A stretch of DNA of 64,000 bases from an uncultured Chloroflexia bacterium (GTDB taxonomy: Bacteria; Chloroflexota; UBA6077; JACCZL01), in the NCBI GenBank assembly GCA_963765765.1, contig CAVXYC010000020.1, positions 32,001 to 96,000 of the forward strand. Direction: 5' to 3'. Below are positions 54,040 through 64,000 of this stretch, piece by piece. Under the pieces are notes generated by a model. That model was not told the DNA's origin, ran no database searches, and saw only the letters and a list, made by a program, of their open reading frames with translations. Position numbers and translations under genes: made by a program. Each line of letters opens with the position of its first letter. Within the stretch, counting starts at the first letter, position 1.

Positions 54040-55172
54040 ATGATGTTCTATCGATGCGAGAGCTGCGGAGCGGAGTATCCGCGTAACACTGATCGATGGC
54101 GCTGTTCGTGCGGCGCCCCCTTTGAGCTGGCGGCGCAACCATCCTTTCAGCGCGCATCCATCGACTCGCGCGAACACTCGCTGTGGCGCTACGCTGCGGT
54201 GCTGCCCGCCGGCCTGGCCGACCACCGCGTCAGTTATCGCGAGGGGTGGACACCCCTTCTACCTGCACCCGCGCTCGGGGACGGCGTGCATCTCAAGCTA
54301 GAGTTCATGTTTCCCAGTGGGTCGTTCAAGGATCGTGGCACCACGGTGCTGGTCAGCGAGATGCGCCGCCTCGGACGGTCGTCGCTGATGGAGGATTCGT
54401 CGGGTAACGCGGGCGCATCGCTGGCGATGTACGCCGCCCGAGCCGGGAATGTCCTGCCAGATCTTCGCGCCATCCGGCACGTCGGCGGGCAAGCTGGTTC
54501 AAATCGAGATTGCGGGATCGCGGCTTAGGAGTATCCCGGGCACGCGAGAAGACACTGCCGCGGCGGCTCTCGCAGCCGCGGATGACCCCAGTCAGCCGTT
54601 TTACGCCAGTCACAACTGGCATCCCCTGTTCGTGGAAGGCGTGAAAACAGTCGGGTTTGAGATCTGGGAGCAGCTCGGTTTCATTGCTCCTGACGTTGTG
54701 GTAGCACCGGCCGGGAATGGCAGCATGATTCTGGGGCTCTTCGAGGCATTCCGTCGCGCTGCAACGGGCTGGGGAGATCAGACCGCATCCCGAAAATCAT
54801 CGCAGTCCAGGCAGAGGCGTGCGCGCCGCTCGTGCACGCCTTCGAGAACGGCATGGACGATGTCGCAGCCGTTCGCAGAAGCTCCCGACGCTGGCTGAAG
54901 GTATCGCATCGGCTCGCCCTATCCGTGCTCGCCAGGTGCTTGCTGCCATTCATGCCTCTGGCGGCGCAGCGGTCTCCGTCCCAGAAGACCGGCTACTTCC
55001 TAGTGTTCGACGATTGGCAACTCTTGGCTTCTTCGTGGAGCCAACATCCGCCGTGGTGGCTGCCGCGGCTCCAATACTTGTCGATCGAGGTATCCTGAGT
55101 GTAGGCGATTGCTGCGTGCTTCTCCTGAGCGGCAGCGGACTCAAGGCAACTGAGAAGCTCGTTAGTGTGTAA
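54040..55172 (+). CDS. Threonine synthase-like PLP enzyme (several indels)
   Basis: EGWTPL, PSGSFKDRG, SSGNAG, PAGNGS, VEPTSA, SGSGLK. Confidence 0.85.
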
Positions 55173-55303
55173 GAAGCTCGGGAGCTAGAACGGAATCATC
55201 GGTCGCCAGACGGATATGGAACCATTCGGATCCTTATACGTTCTTAACACTTTGAGTGGGTGTCTCAGCGGAGGCTCCTGCAAAGGAAGCGTTCGGAGGA
55301 TTC

Positions 55304-55585
55304 ATGGAAGAGAACAGGCCGTTTCGGTCCCGTCCAGCATCGGCGGGTCGCTACGCCCGCCGGCGTCTACGGGCGCTGTTTCTCACTCGACTAGCCCGCC
55401 TCGTTCGCCTGCGTAGCCGTGTTCCAACCACGGAAAGCCGACGTCGAAAGTTTCTCGACCAGGCAATCTGCTCCACGATAAGCGATCTCAATCGCCTCGG
55501 TTCGAGCAGCAAAGCGTTATCGATCCTTGCGGTCGATCCCGGACAATCGTCGACGACAAGGCCAGGGAATCAGGAAGCCGCCTGA
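55304..55585 (+). CDS. Hypothetical basic protein
   Basis: GGAGG RBS; followed by a terminator. Confidence 0.55.
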   Translation: MEENRPFRSRPASAGRYARRRLRALFLTRLARLVRLRSRVPTTESRRRKFLDQAICSTISDLNRLGSSSKALSILAVDPGQSSTTRPGNQEAA

Positions 55586-55609
55586 TCGCCAGTTCTTGTC
55601 TTAGCTCAC

Positions 55610-55645
55610 CCGAAGGCCCCAGCGCTGACGCGCTGGGGCCTTCGG
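55610..55645 (+). terminator. Terminator hairpin
   Basis: CCGAAGGCCCCAGCGC-TGAC-GCGCTGGGGCCTTCGG. Confidence 0.7.
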
Positions 55646-55889
55646 CGTTCACCGGGCGCTTCCGCTGATCGAGCAGCGCCAGGTGGTGTGGGGCATCTTG
55701 CCAGACACTGCACCGTTTCCGGGGAGCGGCGCGTGACGATGTTCTCTAGGAACTCCACCGCGAGATGCTCGTGGATGGCATGCCGATATCGACTGTGAGA
55801 AGACAGGCGTTCCGCGGACGTGCAGGATGCCCGCAGCTACGGAGTCAGAGGACCCAAAGTCGGTGACCCTAGAGCCGACTGGTGCGCCG

Positions 55890-57333
55890 CTAAGCGCCTT
55901 CGCTCGCTGCGCGGGGCATGCCCTCGCGCCAGCCTGCTTCGCTCATGCGGACGAAGCGTGCGTTCTGGCGTAGCTCAGGGAGGGTGCGGGCATTGCAATA
56001 GCTCATGCCGGAGCGTAAGCCGCCGACGAGCTGGAAGAGGACATCAGACAGTGTGCCTTTGTATTGCACAACGGCTTCAACGCCTTCGGGCACCACACCT
56101 GCTGCCAGCTCATCCAGATCTGCCTCGGGTTGATCCAGGCGCTGACGCTCCACCGCGGCTGCCGTGGAAGCCATGCCTCGATAGACCTTGTAGCGACCGC
56201 CACCGCGAGTGACAGTTGACCCAGGGCTCTCCTCAGTGCCTGCCAGCAAATTGCCAATCATCACCGTTGCAGCCCCCGCGGCAATCGCCTTGGTGATATC
56301 GCCGGCGTACTTAATGCCGCCATCCGCAACGATTGGAATGTCGTACCGATCGGCGACCTCAGAGCACTCTATGATGGCGGTAAGCTGCGGAACTCCCACA
56401 CCCGCCACCAGACGTGTCGTACACGCGGCACCGGGCCCAACTCCGACTTTGATCGCATCAGCCCCGGCATCGATCAGATCCTGCGTGCCTTCAGCGGTGG
56501 CGACGTTACCGGGAATGAGCTCCACATCTGGAAACTCTGACTTCACTTCGCGCGTGGCTTTGATGGCGTGCTCGGAATGCCCGTGTGCGATGTCCACCAC
56601 CAGCACATCCACACCGGCGTTGACCAGCGCGGCAGCCCGCTCCATGTAATCACCGACCGCGCCGATTGCCGCGCCAACCAGTAGCCTGCCTCGAGCATCG
56701 ATCGCAGCCGACGGCTGGGAAGCGTAGCGGAGAATATTTCGAGCGGTGATCAGCCCCTGGAGTCGGCCCTCTGGATCCACGAGTGGCAGCTTCTTCAACC
56801 GATGCCGATGAAGAATTCGGCGTGCCTCGTCGATCGTGGTGCCAACGGGCGCCGTCACAAGCTCTGTACTCGGCGTCATCGCGTCGGCCACTCGACGAGT
56901 GCCGTCATCTTCGAAGAGCAGATCGCGCGTCGTAAGGATCCCCAGGACCTTCTGATCGTTGTCCACGACCAACAGACTTCCGGTGTTGTACCGCTCTAAC
57001 AATTGTGACGCATCAGCCAGAGTCTGATCGGGCCGGGCAGTGAAGACTTCTCGCAGAACGTATTCCTCGGGCCGCTTCACGCGCGCCACTTCGGCCACTT
57101 CTTCATCGATGGTCATGAAGCGGTGGATGATGCCGATGCCGCCCTCACGCGCCATCGCCGCGGCCAGGCGCCACTCCGTGACGGTATCCATATTGGCGCT
57201 TACAACCGGGACCTTGACCTTGAGGCGCCTAGTGAGCCGGCCAGTCGTGTCGACGTCGCGACGCGAACGAACGCCTGAGCGGCGCGGGACGATCAAACGT
57301 CGTCGTAGGTGAGACCAGAGGGATTTCGATCAT
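55890..57333 (-). CDS. guaB: IMP dehydrogenase with CBS pair (indels near the 5' end)
   Basis: [46 protein letters not shown]. Confidence 0.92.
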
Positions 57334-57579
57334 AAAGAAGGCGCCTGGCGAGGCGCGGCGAGATTATACCAGCCGTGCAGGGGAGTCACTTCCCGGTTGG
57401 TTCACTTCGAGCCCAGAGTACTCTACGTCGTCGGTCGCCGCAGTCCGCCCCGGCTGAGCATTCTCGGTCCGTTATGCTTTTAGTGCATCCGTTCGGTTCT
57501 GCGTTTCGTTGATTGTCTGCGGCATACGCACCCCACGCTGTGTCATTCAGCGTGATCCCCCTGAATATTGGAGACTTCC

Positions 57580-58518
57580 ATGGACCAAACGAAGGAGTAC
57601 CTGGTTAACGAGTTCCTGGACGAGTACCGGGCAAGCGCATGAATCGTCGGAGCATGCTCCGACGCATCACGCTCATGCTGGGTGGCGCGGTAACGGCCAG
57701 CGCGTGGCTCCAGACTCAGGGCGAAAGTGTGAGTGCCGCTGAGGCCGGCCGAGTCGTACAACTATCTCATTCCCACGAGACCACTCTGGGGATCTACCAT
57801 AGTTGAAGAAACGGACCCAGCTATTGCCGCGGCGGGCACGGTTCAATTCACCGCTCGGGATGGAGCCACACTTTCGGGCTATGCAGCCAAACCGGCGACG
57901 CAGTCGGCGCCCGCGGATCCTGGTGATCCCGAGAACCGTGCGCTGACGACCATCCTGAGGACGTTGCTCGTCGATTCGCCAAGGAAGGCTACCTGGCCCT
58001 GGCGATCGATCTCGTGTCTCGCGGAGGGCGGATCTGACAGTTTTCCTGATCCCGCCGCGATCTCCGCAGCGCTTACGAGCGCGGGAACAGAGAGACATGT
58101 AGGGGATTTTAGTGCTGGCATCGACTACCTGCTGAGCCAGCCGAGGCTGTGCAAAGTCGGCGTCGGGGTGACCGGGTACTGCTTCGGCGGTGGCCAGGCA
58201 TGGCGCATCGCGGTTGAGGACGAGCGGGTGGCCGCTGCTGTTCCGTACTACGGAACCGCACCTCCACTTGAAAAGGTTCCGACCATGCGCGCCGCGGCGT
58301 TCGGCGTCTACGCGGCCGATGACGAGCGCATCAATCAATCGGCGATTGCCCTTGAAGAGGCTCTTAAAGCAAACGGCAAGACTTACGCGATGAAGCAGTA
58401 TCCCGGGCACTGGCCACGCGTTTTTCAACGACACCGGCTCCGGTATTCCGCTGACCAGGCTCGCGAGGCCTGGTCGGACACAATCGCCTGGTTCAGACAG
58501 CATTTGCCAACGGCGTAG
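57580..58518 (+). CDS. Dienelactone hydrolase family protein with Tat-like leader (indels)
   Basis: NRRSMLRR, ENRALT, GYCFGG, AVPYYG, AREAW. Confidence 0.8.
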
Positions 58519-58693
58519 CGACAGTGGTGAGTGCTCGATACGACTCTGTTGTCGTGGCGCACCTCATTCACGCCGAGACAATTCGAGTCGCCCGCCACGG
58601 GCGACTCGGTTTTCATCGAATAGACGCGAGTCTGGGAAGGTCGGCGATCCGCGAGCGATGCCTGAATCACTGCTAAGGCACCGGGTGATCTAG

Positions 58694-59441
58694 TCAGGAG
58701 CCGCTCAGCAGCAGCCCGGCGTCCACGACGATCGTTTCGCCGGTAACGCTTTCGTTGCGAATGAGCTCGACGGCGGCTCGGGCAGCATCCTCGGCGGGCA
58801 CGAGGCGCTGCAGGGGTGAGGACTGCGGCGATTGAGTCCAACGCATCGCCGAATCGCATTCCCCAACGCGTGGGCATGAAACCTGGCGCGATGGCGTTCA
58901 CTCGAACATCCGGCGCCATTGCCACCGCGAGGCAGCGCGTCAGGTGTAACAAGGCCGCCTTGGAGACGCAATAGGCCAGACTGCTACCCGCCGGCCGCAA
59001 TCCAGAGATTGAGGACACGTTGACAATCGAACCGCGGCTTGCCCGCAGGGCATTGGCCGAGGCGCGAGCGAGAACCCACGGCGATTTCACATTGAGCCCC
59101 ATGATCGCGTCCCAATCGTCGTCGCTGACGCCTTCAAGATCGCTCATCGGAACGATCGCTGTGCGTCCCGCGTTGTTCACAAGGGCATCCAGGCGTCCGA
59201 ATGCATCCAGACAGTCACTCACCAGGCGGCGAGCCTCCTCAGGAGCAGAGACGTCCGCCCGTATGGCCTGGGCAGAAACACCAAGTGACTCGAGGTCCGC
59301 TACTGTTGCCAGTGCATCGTCGCGGGAGCGCGAGTAATTTACGACGACGCTCATCCTCTCGCGTGCAAGACCCAGGGCAATCTCACGGCCAAGTCCGGTC
59401 CCTCCGCCGGTGACGAGCGCAACGCGATTCGACAGCGTCAT
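58694..59441 (-). CDS. SDR family oxidoreductase (indel at ~58815)
   Basis: TGGGTGLG, NNAG, YCVSK, then VTGETIVVDAG in a shifted frame. Confidence 0.88.
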
Positions 59442-59457
59442 TGATGGTCCGGTCGAT

Positions 59458-60564
59458 TCACGGAATGACGGCAATGCGCGCCACGCTACCTCGTCCCGCG
59501 GACCACTCAGCCTCGGCAAATGCGTCATTGATGTTTTCCAATGAGTAGCGCGAGCCTACGAGCTCCTCGAAGGGGTACCGGTCCTTCGCCCGCACCAGCC
59601 AGTCGAGCGCGCGTGGTATCACCCACCGGTCGTATGCCAGCACGCCCTTGATTTGCTTGGGACGGCGAACAGCATCATGGGGAACGATGTCCGCGTGCGC
59701 ACCGGGGACGATGTTGCCCATCCAGAGATATCGTCCACCGACGCGCAGCATCTCCAGCCCCTCCTGAACCACGCCCGCTACACCGGCCACCTCGACGCAC
59801 ACGTCCGCGCCGACATCCGAAGTCACGTCCAGCACACGCGCGACACGATCGGCGGCCGAAGGATAGTCAGCCAGGCTAATCGTCTCATCAGCGCCGAATC
59901 GCCTGGCCAGGGCAAGCCTCTCAGGGACCGCGTCGATCGCCATTACACGATCTGCGCCCATGTCCTTGGCCAGCGCACACGCGTAGAGACCGAGGGCGCC
60001 CGCCCCCTGAACGACCACCGTATCGCTGAGCCAGATGCCGATCTGATTGAGACCATAGACTACCTGAGCCAGCGCGCAGTTGACCGGAGCCACCAGCTCA
60101 TCCGAAAGCTCGTCTGGCACCTTGAAGATCCACTGGCCGCTTTTCACCATGTAGTACTCAGCGTATGCACCCAGGAAGTGCGGCGCGTCGTCTGCCGTGA
60201 TTGTGTTCCGAGTTCGATAGCGGTTGGGGCAACCGGTGGTTCCACTCATGCACGCCCAGCACTCGCCGCAGGGGATGAAGTAGGCATAGGCAACGCGGTC
60301 GCCCTCGCTCAACGGTCGTCCGAGACTATCCGCCTTTCGGTTCGAGCCCAGCTTGGCGATCGTTCCCGTCATTTCATGCCCCTGCAGACCGGGAGCCGGC
60401 TGGAACCAGGGGACTTCACCGCGCCACATGTGGAGATCCGACCCGCAAATGCCGGCCATTGTGATCTTGACCAGAATCTCCTCAGCACCGGGCTCGGGCA
60501 CCGGGTATTCTCGAACCTCCATCGCCTTAGCGCCCGGGACCGTAACCGCAGCGCGTCCGTTCAT
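59458..60564 (-). CDS. Zinc-binding alcohol dehydrogenase family protein
   Basis: ICGSD, GHE, CGECWAC...C, GAGALG. Confidence 0.92.
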   Translation of the reverse strand: MNGRAAVTVPGAKAMEVREYPVPEPGAEEILVKITMAGICGSDLHMWRGEVPWFQPAPGLQGHEMTGTIAKLGSNRKADSLGRPLSEGDRVAYAYFIPCGECWACMSGTTGCPNRYRTRNTITADDAPHFLGAYAEYYMVKSGQWIFKVPDELSDELVAPVNCALAQVVYGLNQIGIWLSDTVVVQGAGALGLYACALAKDMGADRVMAIDAVPERLALARRFGADETISLADYPSAADRVARVLDVTSDVGADVCVEVAGVAGVVQEGLEMLRVGGRYLWMGNIVPGAHADIVPHDAVRRPKQIKGVLAYDRWVIPRALDWLVRAKDRYPFEELVGSRYSLENINDAFAEAEWSAGRGSVARIAVIP

Positions 60565-60582
60565 TCAGTCCTCCCGTGTTCC

Positions 60583-61750
60583 CTAAGCGTCCGACTTCAG
60601 CTCTTCGGTTCTGCGACTCTGGCGTCGACCGAGAATTCCCGCGGCGATCGTGTTGCGCTGAATCTCCAGCGTTCCGCCAGCAATCATCCAACCGCGCGTG
60701 CGGCGAAAGATATAGGAAAGAGGGGAATCCTGCGTGTAGCCTAACGCGCCGTGGATCTGCAGCGCCTCATTGGCCACCCAGAACCCCGTTTCATTGGCAT
60801 AGCACTTCGCGATCGCCGTCTCCGTAGGATCGATTCGTCCCGTATCAATGCTGCTGGCCGCGCGATAGAGGAGAAGCCGAGAGGCATCCAATCGCATGCG
60901 CATGTCCGCCAGCTTCCATTGGATACCCTGCATCTCCGCCAGGCGTTGACCAAACTGTCGGCGTTGCTGGACATGCTCCAGGCACAGGTCGTAGGCGGCC
61001 TGCCCAAGCGTGAGCGCACGCGTGGCATTGCCGATCCGTTCCAGATTGAACACGGGGAACATGTGACGAAACGCGTCGCGCTCGATGAGCATATTGCCGA
61101 TCGGGACGCGGCATTCGTCGAAATAGAGCGCGCAGTGCTGCTCGCCGCTAGTGAATCGCTCAGGCGGTCCCTTGGAGAAGCCGGGCGCCGTGCAGGGAAC
61201 CAGTACGACGCCGACATTGGAGTTTCCCGGACCAAAGCGTACCCATGCGGCCACGCACGTCGCGTGCGGACCGTTGGAATTCCAGAGCTTCGAGCCGTTG
61301 ATGACGATCTCATCGCCCTCGATGCGCGCCGTAGTCTGAAGCTCCGTCGCGGCGGAGCCCGCTTCCGGCTCCGACATTCCGATGGAGATGAGCCCTTCGA
61401 CTTTGAGCAATGGCTTCAAGTACTGCTCTTTCAGCTCTGTGCTACCGAAGATCGCAAGCTGCCAGGATCGGCCCAAAATTTGTAGCCTGGATCACGTCAC
61501 CAGCCACGGGGTTCACGCCGGCGATTTGCTCCATGACGATCACGGAGTCCATCATGGTGCCGCCCTGGCCGCCATCCTCCACAGGCAAGTTGATTCCTGT
61601 GAGACCCGCTTCAGCCATGATTTTCCCGTATCCCCACGGGTAAGAATCGTGCATGTCGGATCGGTAGGCATCAGCAGAGAATTGATCTCGAGCGAGCTGA
61701 CGAACGGTTTGCCGCAGCATCTCCTGCTCCGGCGAAAACGTGAAGTCCAT
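60583..61750 (-). CDS. Acyl-CoA dehydrogenase (indel at ~61470)
   Basis: MSEPEAGS, INGSKLW, RRQFG, ALQIHGALGY, GGTLEIQR. Confidence 0.9.
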
Positions 61751-61792
61751 TACCGGCCCCTCAATGTTCTAGCTTCCTCGTCACCTGACCGA

Positions 61793-61889
61793 GCTCCCTC
61801 GCCCTCTGGGAGAGGGTTGGGGCGAGGGGCCCGCGAGAGGGGATTTCGAACGCCACTCACGCCAACCCTCTCCCAGAGGGCGAGGGAGC
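61793..61889. repeat. REP-like doublet (CCCTCTCCC family)
   Basis: 28-bp perfect inverted repeat, 61793-61820 and 61862-61889. Confidence 0.88.
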
Positions 61890-63957
61890 CCCCAACGCCC
61901 GCGATGCCGCGGCCAGCGCGGATAGTGTGCGCACGCCCCGCTCTGCCGTGGGAAAGAGCGGGATGCCCGCCTCTCGATACACAGCCAGGCCCTGCGGAGC
62001 AAGTGCTTCGGCACCCATGCGTGACACGATGACCGGCTTCTCAGTGTTCATCAAAGAGACAACCGACTCGGCAACTTTGATGGCCGGCGGGTCCGCATTG
62101 GTCGTCAGTGCCAGCAGCAGCATGTCGATATTGGGCGAATCCATCACAAGTTGCAGGACTTGAGTGAACATTTCTGGCTGGGCGGTGTACTGCATGGTGA
62201 CGTCGACCGGGTTCTCCGGGGCGCCAAACGGCGGTACGACAGCCGAGATTGCTTGAAGCACGTCGCTGGGTAACGGGGGAATCTCGAGCCCATGACTGGC
62301 ACACTCATCGGCAACCATGCTGCAGGCGCCGCCCGATGCCGAAATCACTCCAACGCGAGGGCCGCGCGGGAGCGGCTGCGTCTTGAGAGCCGTGGCAATG
62401 TCCAGAAGATCGAATAGCTCTGACACGCGGATTACACCGGCCTGTCGCAGGGCGACATCGGCGAGCTGCTCGTCACCGAGCATTGCGCCCGTGTGCGACT
62501 CCACGGCTCGCCGTCCGAGCGCCGTGCGCCCCGTCTTGTAGGCGAACACAGGCTTCCCGTTCTCGAGCGCGCGTCTGGCGGCACGTTGAAATCGATCCCA
62601 ATCTCTGATCGTCTCCAGGAATAGCAAGAAATGGCCGGTCTCCGGATCATCGGCCATTGCTTCGAGAACGTCGGAGACAGTCAGGTCTGCCTCATTGCCA
62701 GTGGCGGCCCAGAAACTGAATCCTAGCCCTTGCTCCCACCCGCGACTGATGAGCGATCCACCGAGCGCACCACTCTGAGTGATAAGACCCGAGGGCCCAG
62801 CGGGCGTTCGCTCCAGCTCCAGCGCCATGCCGAACGCGGTAAACGTGCGCGACGGCGGCCGAACGACGCCAGACGTGTTTGGGCCGATCAGACGAATGCC
62901 ACTGTCACGGGCCGTCCGAACCATCTCGTCCTGGAGCCGGCGGCCCTCGGTCACCAACCTCGGCAAATCCAGATGCATGGATGACCGCGGCGGGAACGCC
63001 TCGCGAGCCGGCGTCTGCGACCGCAGCCGCGACAGCCGTGGCGGGCGTCAGTATGTGCACCACATCCACAGTCTCGGGAAGCGAGGCAACGTCGGGATAA
63101 CACGGCAGACCATCGATCTCCGATTCACGCGGATTGACGAGATACACGCGTCCCGAGTACTCGTGCCGCTGGAGATATCGACGAAGTCGAGTAGACATGG
63201 CGGTTGGGGATCGCGACGCGCCGACCACGGCAAGCGACGCCGGATTCAGCATGCGTCGAACTGCCTCGCCAGCATCGCCAGAATCTTCCTTGACCTGCGC
63301 TTCCTCGGCTCGAACAATGAGCGCGTCGAGTACAACGGCGCCTTGCTCTCGAAGTCCCAGAGGATTCACTTCTACTTCGATAAACCGCTTGTCACGCTCA
63401 ACAAGCTCGGCAATCGACATCATGGCGCCGGTGATTGCGTCAACATCGACCGGCCTTCGACCGCGCGCTCCGCTAAGCAGTGGCCACGCCTTCAGCTCTT
63501 CTAGCATCGAGCGAGCACTGGCTTCGGTGAGTGGAAGAAGTCGAATGGCCCGATCGTCCAAAGCCTCTACCCATATCCCGCCGAGCCCAACCGAAATGGC
63601 AGGACCGTAGGTGGCATCTCGAAGCACACCGATGATCAGCTCGAGATCGTGCTCGACATGCTCCTCGATAAGCACACCGTCAGTGACAAGACCTCGTTGG
63701 GCGGCAAACTCCAGTAGCTCACCGACAGCGCTCCGAATCCGCTCCACGCTTGAGAGGTGCGTGTGAACAGCGCCGAGCTCGCTCTTGTGGCTGAGGCCGC
63801 GGGCGACGAGCTTGGCTACGGCGGGTAGCGACACACCGGACGGGACGTCGGCCACGCTCGACACAACGATGCTCGGCGGAATTGTCAGACCCAGCTCGGA
63901 CAATATCGCCTTGGATTCAGGCTCAGAAAGTGACACGGTAACGGGATCGCGAGACAC
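61857..63957 (-). CDS. ADP-forming acyl-CoA synthetase (ATP-grasp plus CoA-binding domains, beta-alpha order), indel at ~62970
   Basis: HKSELG, EVEVNPL, VVGAS, IGPNT, QSGALG, GNEAD, SHTGA, NPVD. Confidence 0.88.
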
Positions 63958-64000
63958 GGGCGTAGGCTAGCAGATTTTGACTGGAACGGTTCGACTCCAG

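Noticed and set aside
57334-57579. Purine riboswitch upstream of guaB
   Set aside because: Conserved aptamer motifs were not recognisable.
40212-64000. attR copy of the tRNA-Leu 3' end
   Set aside because: No convincing repeat found by eye, so the island boundary is left undefined.

Overview
A GC-rich bacterial chromosomal window. A Chloroflexota-like organism is an inference from gene content (Tat lipoproteins, LLM oxidoreductases, a large GT-C-like membrane protein); there is no rRNA to confirm it. More than 15 otherwise ordinary genes, including guaB, are broken by single-base indels, which suggests uncorrected long-read errors, so frameshifts alone are not treated as biology. Contents: an envelope cluster (GH-A glycosidase with a PGPTQT repeat, LysM protein, class-A-like serine hydrolase), a DUF350-type operon, many catabolic and redox genes, tRNA-Gly(GCC), tRNA-Cys(GCA) and tRNA-Leu(TAA), a decayed integrative element at tRNA-Leu, and at least three families of REP-like palindromic doublets. 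The most unusual observation is a tandem pair of divergent type I restriction HsdR-derived genes (17195-20371). Both end at the same point halfway through the protein, both have lost nuclease and DEAH catalytic residues, neither has hsdM or hsdS nearby, and each is preceded by the same palindromic element. No CRISPR array or rRNA gene was seen.
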